A DNA stretch of 64,000 nucleotides from Kondoa subrosea (lineage: Eukaryota), in the NCBI GenBank assembly GCA_039545335.1, contig BCIN01000003.1, positions 1,437,941-1,501,940 of the forward strand, written 5' to 3'. The notes beneath the pieces were generated by a model. That model searched no databases. It was not told the origin of the DNA and saw only the letters and a program-made list of their open reading frames with translations. The translations under genes and the position numbers were made by a program. Positions 43,097 through 56,349 of this stretch are shown here, one piece after another; the first letter of the stretch is position 1, and the number at the start of each line of letters is the position of its first letter.

Positions 43097-44546
43097 ATGT
43101 CTACTGCTGCAATGTCAATCGCTCCCCCAAGCCGTCACAAATATGATCTTCTTCTAGAAGGTGCTGTCGAGTCCATCGCATCAGCCTTTGAAAAACTTGA
43201 GGAGCTTGGCATTGCCGAAAACCTCCGTATGTCTATACCGCCTGCCGGTCATCGCATTTTCGAAGAAGGTTCAAGGATTCAAGCATGTTCAGCCTTTGTC
43301 AATTGCGACGCTATCGAACAACTAGAGAAACTCGGAAACCTGCCACGAGAACATTCCTCTCCTGCAATTACTCACATACGCTCGACTAAGCATTATAAGG
43401 TTTTGGTCAAATCAACTGGAGCCAGTTTCCACTCTTCCGAACAGCACGATGGAAGTGATATCAGTGTCAGAGTTCAGTTCCTGTTCGTCTCGTTCTCAAG
43501 TGCAATGTTGAAGTTTTTCATCCGATTCTACCACGATCATGAAAACGGGCGCATTCCATTCGAATATAATGATTTATGGCCAGCTGTAGGGAGACCTGTG
43601 TCTGCGGAGAACTTGAAGACCCTATGGGAGCTGTTTCATAGAATTGTTAAACACCACACTATCTATGCGCAAGATTTGACCAACAATACCTGGGTGAAGG
43701 ACTTCTCGCAAGTTGGCGGCCAGATGATACTACATTGGGCCGTGCATCAACACCGCAATGATGCGGACCATGCAGGAGCAGTCAAGGAGTTCGTGCAAGT
43801 AATGACGCAGATTGTAAGTATCTTGCCCGGTGTTGCAAGTAAAGCTAAATTCGCAACGCAAAGCGTGGCGCCTTGTGATGCCAGCAACTTTGCGGCAATC
43901 GATAGGCGTATAGCAGATGCCCAGGTATGCTGAACCAGCACGAATCGCTGTATCTGATCTATAGTGACAGGGCATGCTGACAGAGTTGGCACTACTGAGC
44001 GATCTCAGCAATCTCCAGCCCACGACGGAGATTCTAAAGGCCTGCAAGAAGTCTGAGGCACAGCTCAGGAGCCCCAAATCTGCCCAGCTGGTAAGATGGC
44101 GGCAGCATTATCTGATCCTTCAGCTGACCGAAGTCTAGATTCGGAACGATCTTTTCGAGATGGCTTCAAAGGCTCACGGTACACACCCTGATTTGGCGGA
44201 AGCTCTCTTGCGTGCAGCTGCGCGAATCGCAAGACTGCGAGCGATCGTGAGCACAGCCTGCTTTGATGTCGGAAACCCCTCTGATAGAGGGTCCAAGGTC
44301 AAGAGCAGATTTGCATCAGCTATAAAAGAGATGTCTGTCCAGCTGGAAGCATCTTCAAGCAGAGTTCAGGCTACGCCGACCCCTCCGCATCCACCACCTC
44401 AAATTCAAACTCAGATTTCAACCCTCACGATAAGGCCAGGCAGAGGACACCCGCTTGGCCGCGACTCCTCAGCATCTGGAGTCCTCGCGGCTAGCTCTAT
44501 GGTTGCAGGACGACGGCGAGTAGTGAGAGGTCGTGGACGCGGCTAG
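43097..44546 (+). CDS. Hypothetical protein (orphan-like, ends in an RGRGRG tail)
   Basis: A 278-aa first exon, then GT-AG introns (~43925-43970, ~44091-44139) continuing to the 44160-44546 ORF. Confidence 0.65.
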
Positions 44547-44780
44547 ATCTCATGATGAAACTTCGTGTTGTATCGTTCTGCTTGTACTTTTAGCTAGAGC
44601 TTTAGATGTGCTGCTTCAAATTATGTTCTCCTTTTGCTGTAACGATCCGTCCGTCAGCCGGCAGCATATGTGCGCACAGAAATTATAGTGTTCTTTTTCA
44701 GTACATGAAGGATATACAATGTCGATGATACTGCCCGGCCATGACCAATGATGAGATGTAAAGGTATTGATGTATTCCGA

Positions 44781-45368
44781 TCACGGAGAGAAAAGAGTCT
44801 TGTACTTGTTCATGTGCTCTCTGCGATATAGCTCAGCATACATCCGCAGAAAAAGGAAGCAAACTCACTGATGCGCATCCCTGCATTGCTTCTCAACAAT
44901 GGCGCGCAACCATTTGGAACACAAGCCTTCGATCCTTTCCTCAACTCTCGTCTTCCCCTCACCCAAATCCACAAACTTCCTCAATTTCCAGATAGTGACA
45001 TCAGGCCCATGCGCTTCCGATTCATACAAGCAACACTTCCTCTCCTTATCCCAAGTTTGTACGCCTTTGATAACCACAGTGCGAGTATAAGCTCCAAACA
45101 AGATAGGCACCAATTCTTCCATCGAGAAAGCAGCGCGTTCCATTCCTTGTCCATCGGTAGTAGTAGGTAAAGATTGAGTGTTACGAACTTCAGTGAGTGA
45201 AATAGGAGCAATGCCTTCTGGTTTGTGCACGACAATGTTTCGAGCAAGACTGTTCAAGGTCATGACTGGTTCTAGCGAAGCAGGGGAAGCCAACGTGTCC
45301 ATACATCTGTCCAATGGATAGTTGAGCGTTACGGAATGCTCTGAGCTGAAATTGAAAGGGCTCGACAT
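44781..45368 (-). CDS. Small conserved fungal protein, possible SRPBCC/START-like fold
   Basis: A 167-aa exon plus a short terminal exon (EHMNKYKTLFSP*); beta-strand-rich pattern followed by a C-terminal helix (TRVEERIEGLCSKWLRAIVEK..DAH). Confidence 0.7.
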
Positions 45369-45719
45369 GCTCGCTTCAAGTCAAGAGCTGTAATTGTTCT
45401 TTACAGGAGTCGACGGTCTGCCGGCTGACCTGATCTGCTCGTTTACCTGTCTGCGTGATATCTATCTTTTCAGATACCAGCCTTGCATCAGGCCTGCTGA
45501 TCTGCATTCCGTTCATTTGTGTCATTGCGTTTGAGGAACGCGAAGATTGCATCAAGTCTTGCGCCCTTGCCCTTGCGCGTTAGTGCCGAGGGCTTGTCCT
45601 TACTGGCAACTGCCTGCTTCGGTCTATTGCTTTTCCCTGCCAGACTCGTTAAAGCGGGATTCCTTTGTTTGCTTTCGACCTCTGGTGTCGAACACTATCA
45701 AAGCAGGCATTAAGCGAAG

Positions 45720-48585
45720 ATGTTAGACCAGATACTAGGACGTCCTAGTGGCAACACGAAACGCGTGCAGATCTTCTTGGTCATGCTGTTTTGGGTACTG
45801 CAATTGCGTTGGAGAACTGGGCCGCCTGCCTTGCGAAAGCTAGGCAGACCTCTAAGTCAGTCCAAAAGCCCGGGTTCGATCGAGAATGCTCATTGATAGG
45901 TGCAGCCCGCTTCACGCCGTGGCAGCTTGTTGTCGGAACCTCAATGTCGCTCTACGTGTTTCGGAATCTCAATGCTATACTTGGCTTTTCCTGTAAGTAC
46001 TGCTACCAGAATTCCTTCTTTAGGCTGATGGGTTGATGTACAGCACCAGAACCACTAGCAAGACTGGTAAGTTGAGACCGGCTCACGCTCAAGTCTTGTA
46101 CTTATGCATTTTCGGTTGGGCGCTTACAGTACTCTAAAGACTACTTCCGCGCCACCTATATCGCGGTAGCAATGGACACTGGTTTCGCAACAGCAATGCA
46201 AATCCGAATCAAATGGATCAGAGATATAGCCAGTATTCTTTTCTCGCTATACTACCTTGTCTACGCGGATGAAGCGGATGAGAAACTTCGGAAATTCAGA
46301 GCTACATCAACAGTGGAAATGCTTCGCATCACATGGGAGAAACAAGCCAACCCTTACTTGCGCTTCTTTACTGCTTTTGATCGACCTTGGGTACCTGTTA
46401 GAAAGAAGTTGATACTTAGGAGACCAGTTGGTTCACCTTATACAAAGCCAATCAAAGCCTGGCTGTACTATAACGGAAAAGCTAGCACTTTGGCGGATTG
46501 CAAAAACTTGATTCTAGACTTCCGTAAGTTAGTCATGCACTTCAGCAAAATATTGCTTATTGCTTGACTGCTGACAGCTGGAGGAGGTTTCATCTGCATG
46601 GATCCAACACATCACGAAGAACGTATCTTGCGCTGGGCCAAACAAACTGGATTACCTGTTCTTTCCCTCGATTACTCCAAAGCCCCTGAATTCCCCTATC
46701 CTTACGGCATTCACGAAGGATTGGATCTGTATCGGTTATTAGTTGAAAGCAAAGGAAGGGTTCTGGGTTTCGGTCAAGGAGAGTTGAACATAGTTATGAC
46801 TGGCGACAGCGCGTAAGCCGGTCGACATGCCATGAAGTATCTCTTCTCATATCTCGTTTGCGGTCTACAGAGGGGCGAATTTGGCTACTGCTGTTCTTCT
46901 TAAAATTCTAGAGATGCCAGAAGAAACTCGCTTAACACCACCAGTAGCCCTGGTGTATGCTTATCCAGCACTCGACTTCAATTACTCTTCCTGGATGTCA
47001 CCTTCCGCTATCGCAGTTCTCAAACAAGCTGAATCATCCGTCAACCTTAAAGGCATAGCAGAAGCCAAAGATCATTTCTCCCATCGTTCACCTTTAGCTA
47101 TTGTGGATGATAAGAAACCTCGAAAGCGAAGTAAGAGTTGGAGCAAGAGCTTCAGTCGTCTACCTATCATTGGTTCAATGTCTGGTCATTCTACAAGAAC
47201 CAAAAGCGAACCAGATACAACGCCGAAAACTCCTGGTTGGGCTAGAACTTTGCCAAGATATTCTATGGAGCCAATGTCTGACGAACCTAGTAAGCTAGAA
47301 GCGAAGGCAGTCACGGACGATGAGGATGATGAAGAAGAGCGAGAAGAAGATAAGACGATGGAGAATCGAGTCAAGTACTGGGCCAGTGAAGCTACGGAAG
47401 AGAAGGAGATGTCAAAGAATCTGGCTCATCCACAGAAGAAGGAGAAGCTACCTATGGAGACCAGATTGACCATGACTTCCAGAACTGCGTGGTAAGTGAC
47501 GATGCCATGCTAGAATGGGTGTGATCTTATGCCCGGCTTCAGCTTTAACGATCGAATCATCTCACCTTCAATGATGAGGTCTATGGCGCTATGTTACATC
47601 GGTCCTCGTAATTCGCCAGATCTGAGCACAAACTATTACATTTCTCCTATTTTGGCTCCTGACCATCTCTTAGCGCTATTTCCGCCTCTCTAGTGAGTTG
47701 TATATCCGCTCCGTTTTCTCTGAACGTACTTTGACCGTTCTTGCAGTATCATATGTGGAGAAAAAGATCCCTTGATTGATGATACCTGTATGTATTAGCA
47801 CAGATTTGCTTCATACATGGCTAAGTAAAACACAGTAATTATTACCGGTCGTCTTCGTCAAGCAAAGATGGACGCTAAAGCAAAGGCCAAGGAGGCAAGC
47901 AAGACCTCGAATGAACGCAATTCGATATTAGGCGAGACAGAACGAGATTGGGTGCATATGAAGTAGGTTCAATCGTTGTCTGCTTTGGGTACTGTTTGTT
48001 AATTTACGTAAACAGGATTCTCGGTGGCTGGAGTCATGGCTTTATACAGGTTTGCTTGATCTCTGATGTATATATTGATACCTCCTGAGCTTTCTGCAGA
48101 TGGTGACCATTCTTCGAGCTGCTGAACAACCGATAGCCTTGATGGCGGATTGGATTACATCGGCTCTTGAAAAGGCTGAGCGCAAACGAAATTCAGCTAC
48201 TCATCTTGGTGTACCTGAAGAAGCTGTCTCATTGGAAGATGCAGACGAAGATGAGGAAGAACCGCTCTCTTTCGATACTCGGCGAAGAACAAACTCTTCT
48301 GCCAAAGTCAATCGCAGTGGAAGTCATTCTGACAATGCTGCGAGACCAGATTTGAGAAGACATTCACCACCATTGTCTAGCCCGACACTCGCTCGACTTG
48401 TAGTAGAGAAGGAAGCTGAAAGTAAACGACGTGGATCAACTGCTGGACCCGAATACATTGAGAATGCTGAGATTCTGCGAAGGAGACGTGCAGAAGTTGT
48501 TGCGGATCTGGACTTCCGGGCTACATCTCGCTCAGATGATCATTTGGACGAAAAGAACGCAGAGAGGAATTTGTATGCGATATAA
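45720..48585 (+). CDS. Hormone-sensitive-lipase-like alpha/beta hydrolase
   Basis: MLDQILGRPS, FTPWQLVV, PEPLARLYS..YFRAT...DTGF, LDFPGGGF, DYSKAPEFPYP, TGDSAGANL, CGEKDPLIDDT, GWSHGF. Confidence 0.9.
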
Positions 48586-48897
48586 GCACATTGTATCGAC
48601 GACATAAGCATTTCATAATTTAGCATGTATAGCATCTCTTTTTTTTGTATCATAGCAATCCATGTGTTATCCTCTGTTCTGATTCGAATGTATATTCTGA
48701 CCGCATGAAGATCGAAACTCTAGCTCGTACAAGTAGTAAATCTAATTCTTTACATACATGACTGTCCGTCGCCCTTTTTGCCCTTAAATATTGTATTGTG
48801 GCAGAATTATGGTATACGTTGGACATGGATTGAGACGAGAGCGTTGCTGTTCTGTTTCTGGTCGTTAAGGTCGTACTGGTAATGTTGAAGAAAACTC

Positions 48898-51260
48898 TCA
48901 AGCGGTTGGCGTGGAAGCAAGAGGAGAAGGTGATGCAGAGGAGGTAGCAGAAACAGGCGATTCTGCTGCTGCTTTCCTCGCTGCCTTGAATTCGAGAGCT
49001 TTAGCGACCCAGCCGGCCATATCAACTTCTCGTGTGCTGTCCTCTTTCAAGAATGGGTGTTCCTGTGTTCATATCCTCAGCACTCGAATGTTATACGTTC
49101 AGGTAGGTACTTACCATTAGCTGAGCGTATGTCGGCCTTCTGTATGCATCCTTCCGCAGACAAGCGGAAACAAACTCATCCGCAACTTTTGAGTAAGTAT
49201 TTGGCAGACCGGGAGGATCTCCATGCACGATCGCTTGAAGTTGAGCAAAGACGTTGGAGTAGGTTTCAGGTGGGTAAGGATAATGTCCGACAGCAAATTC
49301 GATGATGGATACGCCCAGCGACCAAACATCCGAAGAGACAGTATAGCTTGTGACATTGCCCACTGATTCGCCCTTTATCCGCTCGGGCTGATGAATATTA
49401 TCAGAAGACAGTCGCTGAATCATGAAGGAACCTCACAGCCATATAAGATTGACATCCAATGTTAGTTTTCGCTAAACTTCGTTCTAGTTGAGCAGATACA
49501 CCGAAATCGCAAAGCTTGACAAATCCGGCTCGATTGATAAGTACATTAGTAGGCTTAACGTCTGTATTGCATGCGGGCCATGTCAGCGATATCGCGCAAA
49601 GGTAGCACTATTGCTCACCTCGGTGCATTGTCTGCAATTCATCCTTCAAGAACCTTAGACCTCGGACCATACATCCTGTGACTCTTGCTAATACTTCTTC
49701 TGGTACTTCATAGCCAGCTAGCTGTTCGAGTGATCCAGCGTCCATGAATTCCATCCTGTAAGCCAAATCCCAGCTATCAGTATAACAATCGACAGACCAG
49801 CAGCCTTGCTTACGTATAGTAGACACAACTTTCTATGAAGAAAGCTCCATAGAACTCGACAATCTCAGGCGCTACTGCTCTATGCAGAATATCCAGTTCA
49901 GTAATAATGCCTTTGAGTTTGCTTTCATCTAGTTCAAGGCGAATTTCCTGTCAACGCCAAATGACATCGAATCAGATAGTTCACTCCGATATCCTGTCAC
50001 TGATACTGACCTTCATTGCCATTGTGACTTTCGTTTTCTTGTGATACACTTTTTGAACAGTTCCATAATTACCATGACCGAGTTCTTCAAGCAATTCAAG
50101 ATCGTCCATATTGATAGCGAAAGAGTTGCCATTCGAGAAATCGACACCTTTAGCATGCAAAACAGCTTTCCCGCCAAAGTTTAATCGACCAGATGGATCT
50201 CTGTACATTAAAGACCTCAACCTACTTAACGAGAGTCAAGCCAAGCGAAGATTCAGACGTACACTATCTTGTTGAAATTACTGAATGGCGTTCCAGCTTG
50301 ACCTGGTGCCCCAGATCCAGCACCTTGACCACCATTCATGCTCGCCAAGCTCAACCCAGGAGGTTTTCTTCTACTCCCTGCACCAGTAGCAGATCCGTTT
50401 GAAGTTGGTGATGTTGTTCCTCCTCCTTCTCCTGTTATTCCAGCTAAACTTAAACCGGGTGCACCTTTTCTTCGACCCATTATTCCCGAACCCATTGAAG
50501 GTAAAGGTTGTTGTCGTTGAGGTAGATTTGATGAAGATTGAGCAGGTGAACCTAGGAAACGAGATGCATCTATTCTATCGGAACTGGCTAGATGAGTTGT
50601 CGACGAAGAGGAAGAAGAAGATTGAGGAACGTTTGGTGTCGAAGCTGAAGAACTTGCTTGAGGTCGAGATCGATTAGCTAGCTGTACATCACCAAAATAT
50701 TGCATCAGAACAAAGCCTGAAGTGCATGCGAAATGGCATACGGCAGCTACTTTGGCTTGCAAAGAAGGAGGAACAGGAATGTTTCTCGCTGATCCACTTG
50801 CACCTCCTCTTCCTCTTAAACCTCCCAATCCCCTTGGCATAGAGTTCAATGAATTCGAAGCCGGTCTACCAGTAGTACCGGATGATATCGAACCTGAAGC
50901 TGAACGTAAACTTGTAGGAGGATTATTACTCGGTTCTGCTTGACTACTCGGACCGTTCGTGTTCGGTAACCCGTTTGTACTTGTTGGCGGTGGTGTAGAA
51001 GAAGCAGCAGGAAGAGCGAAATCTCGAGTTTTGAGTGGTGAGCTTGTTGATGCGACAGGCAGAGTAACGCTTTCAGTCAACGGCACAGGTTCTGTTACTT
51101 GTTCCACTGTATTCGGGACTTGCGGTACATCGGTCGTAGAGAAAGACTTCAAGTCTGCTAGAGAAGGCATAGCTTGACTAGTTTGGGCCTCAGAATTCAA
51201 CGAAAGCGATTCCAATCCATTGTTGAGAGTTGCAGTATCCTGAGCAGGCTGATCTGCCAT
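48898..51260 (-). CDS. PBS2: MAP kinase kinase, Pbs2/Wis1-type
   Basis: [104 protein letters not shown]. Confidence 0.95.
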
Positions 51261-51880
51261 TGTCTTAGCTCGATATATGCAGTCCAGTCGGCGTCAATCA
51301 GAAAGGAGAGTCTTAGGTAAAATCTTTGGATTAGGCCGCCAAAACGCTTATGAAGAGCAATGCCTGGTTGACAGGTCAATGTAGCAAGCGACTTAGGCGT
51401 ATCCCTGGCCTTGAGAGAATCGAAAAGCGCGCAGAAGTGATTGTTCAAGTATAAGCAAGAGATTTCCGCTTGCATAACAAAATGCCTGCACAAGCAAATG
51501 ATTATGCAATTTCCCCTATCACGCTGCTCTCTTGCCCCTATCTACACATCTGACCTCCTCATTTCCGACCACGGCTAATTCTTCGCGCGGCGTTTTGCAG
51601 AAAAAAACCTCGGCCTTCCCTCTGATCGCAACTCGTCGATGCGAAATGCAATCTCGGCAGACTCTTTTACGTGCCTTGGCATGAGCTCGAGCCAGAATCA
51701 GTCAATGGAAGGGAGAGCGTACCACAAGAGTTGATAGACAAGTCCGTGAAGTACAGCGGACATTATCCGAGTAAATCTCTGTTTCCGTCCAGAAAATAAG
51801 CTTTAGAGCTGATTTTACGCGATCAAATCGGAACTTACTATAGGATTGCCCCATAGTGATTGTCTGGAGCTTTTCAAAGA

Positions 51881-52873
51881 TCATCGCTGCCTGAGACTGG
51901 AGAAGAATTCCTGATACGCTTGTTCCACATCAAACAGCATCTGTCGTAGCACACCTTGAATTGAGTCAGATAGCTAATGAAGCGGAAAGCGCACCTCTCT
52001 AGCCTGATCTTCACTAATCTCTTCACTCGCGCGCATTTGATTGAGCGCGATCAGCCTGTAGGGAAATCCAAACATAATCATCGGTTAAGAAACTGCTGAA
52101 TGCGACGGCTTCTCCTACCAATGCAGTATCTTCGGTCTACCAGCCCATTCTGAGCTCTTGGGAAACTTTGTATAGTGCTGCATCAATTCCGTCAAGAGTG
52201 GATGTAACCGATCTTTGGCTCTGAGGTTCAATTTGAGTGCATCCATAAAAGTAATAAAGTTCTATGTCGTTCCAACGTCAGCTACAAAAATGATGAAAGC
52301 AAGGAGAGAACGTACTTGAGTCGTTTCTGCTATCCATTGAGAGGTTTCTACACCTTCCTCAGCGTTATGCTCTACTGTAGCAGGAACGCCAATCTTGAGT
52401 CGATGTACAGCAGCGGTACAGTCCATCTGTTGCTCCGGTCAGTATCTATCTAGCGACGTAGATAGAGATTCGACCGAAACGGACCCTGTACTCTGAGATG
52501 AAAGCATCCAGCGAATCATACTCGTCTCCAAGAACTTTCAATATCGTTTTGTAATGCGCCAGTAATCTCGTGCAAGCAGGTGTATATCTGTACATCGATA
52601 CATCCGACTTACTGTCTGACGATAGAAGACCGACTGGCACCAACGCACTGAGATTGTTCGATAGAATCTCGAACATAGGCTCTTTCAAGGTATTCCAAGC
52701 TTGTGATAATGCCAAACAGTGTAGCTAGGTTCTCAAACTTCTCTCGCTCTGCATTAGAGCTGTACAATCGCGCTTCCTAAAAGGGCAGGGATTGAGCTTG
52801 TTGATTTCGTACAATTGCTTCGAAAGGGAAGAAAGAGCACCTCGTCCAGACTGAAGGTCGATGTATGCGACAT
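51881..52873 (-). CDS. VPS28: ESCRT-I subunit Vps28
   Basis: SLDE..RLY...ERE..ENLATLFGII.SLEYLERAYVRDS, YTPACTRLLAHYK, RLKIGVPATVEH, IAETTQNFITFMDALKLN, QMRASEEI.EDQAR. Confidence 0.93.
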
Positions 52874-53032
52874 AGTACTGATTGATCTCAGACACGAAGA
52901 GTTGAAAGGGATACGTCAAAGAGATCGCTGCAATGAGACAAAGTGTATGATGCTATTTACAATTCAGACTCTCTCGCAACCCAATAGTGGCAAGTCAGCT
53001 GCCTCGACAGTACACTCGGACAGATGATAGGT

Positions 53033-54540
53033 TCAGTAATCTTTCATAGGACAACCTTGCTGGGAAGCGTTGGTAACATCATTCACCACTGCTCGCGCGA
53101 GTTTCATGAGCGATTCAGCCAGTTCTTCAGACTGAGCCAATTCACTGCCAGGTTCAGGGATCGCTGGAGGACAGATGTATTGACCTGATTGAGTAGTAGT
53201 AGTTGCGGCAAACACCGTCGAGACTGCTCCCATCATGTAATCTTTCTTTAATGGGTTGAGAACGTGAGAGACACCGTAGCCAAGAATAGGGTAAGGTTCG
53301 TGAATGTGCTTGACTGATTGAGCAGCTGCAGAGACGCTACTGTCAGAAGCGAGGTTGCTAGGTAAGATGTTCACTTACTTTCGACTACACCCGGATGAGT
53401 AGCATTGACCAGCAGGTTTGGATAATCTGCCTTGAGATGTTTGGCCAAATAGCGAGCGTGAAGAATAGCAGCCCTACATCGATCAAATGTCAATGCATGC
53501 ATAGACGTTCAATAGGCAAAGACATACAACTTAGTCCGACCGCTGATTTAATGTCAGTGCAAGTCATTTTCAAGAGCCATGCAGCTTACTATTGGGCATT
53601 AGGTCCTAGATCTTGGTTAAGTTCACTCAAACATTCGAACTTTGTATCTTTGGGAGCGCTCTGTATAGCCATCTTTAGAAAGACAGAACGTACATTGTTC
53701 GACATTCTAGCACGGCATACCTGGTGAGCATTCGAACCAAGGTTAACGATGCGAACGGTTCCTTGCTTTGAAGTCTTCTTCAACAAAGGTAGCAAATGAC
53801 TAGTGAGAACAATATGACCAAAGACGTTTGAAGCCATGTGAAGCTGAAGCAATGCAATCAGCACATGCAAGATGAAGGACAGATTACGCTTACGTCGACG
53901 TTGTAGTCCGTCAATTGATAAGTCATGATACCTCGAGCAGCGTTGTTGACTGTACGTCAGTTTGAGTCCAGATAGTCACACAGTTGACAAAGACTCTTGA
54001 CCTACCCAAGATGTCCAGGCGATCTGTTTGGCTAGTGATTTGGTTAGCGACTTCGGTAACTTGCTTCCAGTCTTGAAGTCTGGTCAAGATGGTCAGACTC
54101 TGTCAAATGACGCTGAGATCGAATACTGACTTGCACTGTAACCAAATAATCTTCTTTGCTACGGCTTCTCCAAAATCTTGTCTGATCGCGTCAATAGATT
54201 GATCGATTCTGTAAAATACCAAACCAGCGCATACTCAGGAGATGATCTGAGTTTGCTAGGCTATATCTTACACGTCCTTGCGCATTGATAAGATGAAGAG
54301 CTTCTCAATTCCATGTTCCAAGAAAGTTCGAGCTATCGGAGCATCAAAAATCGCGTTCTATAATTTGATCATAAAGGACATACCTACGCCATAACCGATT
54401 CCTTCACTTCCTCCAGTGATCAATGCAACTTTGCCTGACAGATCTGGGCATTGCTCTAATTCGAATTGATGTTCTTTCGGAGCCAAAGAATGAGCTGGGC
54501 CGCCGAGATTCTCAGCTACAGTGTTAAGCACAGTCTGCAT
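53033..54540 (-). CDS. Short-chain dehydrogenase/reductase (retinol-DH/WWOX-like)
   Basis: DLSGKVALITGGSEGIGYG, NNAARGIMT, HMASNVFGH, RIVNLGSNAH, Y..SK, NATHPG, GAVSTVFAAT. Confidence 0.9.
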
Positions 54541-55200
54541 GTTGTGTAGTGAACGGTTGAAAAGGAAGGAAGAATAAAGCAATAAATTCGATTGCAATTC
54601 GCATTTCGTCATAATATGGGATTTAGGTAAGCATGTTTCGAGGCGCGTAGAAATGCTCTAGCAATACGGAACAGGTCATCAGGTATGAATAGAGAGCACT
54701 TGCACGCGTTCAGCATTTGGATCGAGGAATAAGAAGGATCGAGGTTATTGGACATTCTGACTTCAGGCATTCGAAAGCTGTGTTGCGAAATAACGTGACA
54801 CGAGTATCCTTAGCCCCTGCTAGCAAAGAGAGCTGCACGAGTCTTCAAATATTGTATGTATTGGGAGAATCCGCTTCAAGTTGCGCCTGTCCACTGCTTC
54901 TAGGCTTCTGCTGGCTGCAACGTAGCTCGAAAAGTACGGCGAGCTAACAAAATACATCGACGCAACCATGGAGTATACATAGACGAGTAGAACGCATTAG
55001 AAGACTGAGATAGAGTTCAACACAACAAAGAAATGTATTTGCAGAGGAAAGGACTGCCGCTGCCCATTTGAGCATAGCCAGTAGATTGAGAAAGCACAGC
55101 TCAGGGAAATGTACAGCCCATCGAAAGAACACCGTTCCATGTCAAGCTCTGACCTAATTTTCGCAAAAGCAAGGGTCTTCACCTCACCAGCGAGTGGGCC

Positions 55201-56146
55201 ATGCTCAGCATTTTTGGAGCATGTTGCGGCAAAAGGCGGAAGCAGTCTGCAAATTCATCTGTAAGAATCTTTGATCAGATCTTACTTTGCGGACACAGCA
55301 TTGATCCAAACTTCAGGCAAATGAAGAGACTCCGCTGCTGGATCCAGATACACTCCCACAGTCAGTTGGTGCTTGTTTCGTATGCCTTGGACTTATGGCA
55401 ATCTGGTACAATTGACAGGATTCAGCCCGTCATACGCAGACCTCGAAACACAGAAGCTGAGCAGAAGCATCAGCAGGCTCTCCGTAATGTAGTAGATGAA
55501 GCTACAGAGTATGTATCTATCTTCCACCACTCTGTATTATGCTTACACCCCTCGATTCAGACAGATCATCTCAATAACTACTCCAGCACCTTATCTACAA
55601 ATCACGCCCACTTTTCGTCGAACAGCAGGTCGTTCTACTCGTTCATCGAATTCTTCATCAGAAGAACAACCTTGGAGACCTTTTCCCAATGCAACTACTT
55701 CAGCGAATAATCACTATGATGCTGCTTTGGGATCAACACATACAATGAGAACTATTGCTCCTTCTTCTTCTTCTCGTAAACCACCGCATGAAAGAACAAG
55801 TAGTCAGAGTACAATCAAATTAAGGCAAAAGCAAGCAGGAAACGAAAGTGAAGAAGATGAAAGGGAAAGCAAATTTGATACGGCTGCGAGTCGGCATACC
55901 GCTGCTCAGGGATCGTCGGATCATACTGCTTTAAAGGATGTGTTTCGTGATTCGACGGCGAGCGAGGATGAGCAAGAGGATGAGAATGAGCTGGAATGGG
56001 CTGCTGTTTCTCAAGCGGAAGATGATCTGGTGAGTCTTGTCTCGAGCTACGAGGAATACGGTCCGACAGAAGAGCAGATGCGGACTACGTTGGAAAAGCT
56101 GGTGAAGGCGATCGAGTCTTCCATGAACACTCAGTGGGATGTATGA
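55201..56146 (+). CDS. LAMTOR1/Ego1(Meh1)-like vacuolar anchor protein (3' end uncertain)
   Basis: N-terminal GACC (possible palmitoylation), dileucine motif NEETPLL after splicing, then QALRNVVDEATD. Confidence 0.6.
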
Positions 56147-56349
56147 CATTCGTTTGCAGGGAGTAATTCGTTTGGGTTCGATATGGTATGGGTATACCTT
56201 GCATTGCATCTTAATCATCGCACGCCATTCTCTGGATAGCCTGTCTTCCATCTTTGCACAAGCGTTGATCTCGCTTTATTTACCTGCTCGCGACAAATGC
56301 ATGAATTCCAAAATTCTTGGTTTGCCTTCATACACCGACTCAGAGCAAT

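Noticed and set aside
33544..51260. Osmostress cluster (Nha1-like antiporter and Pbs2)
   Set aside because: The genes are 13 kb apart with unrelated genes between them, so chance proximity is sufficient.
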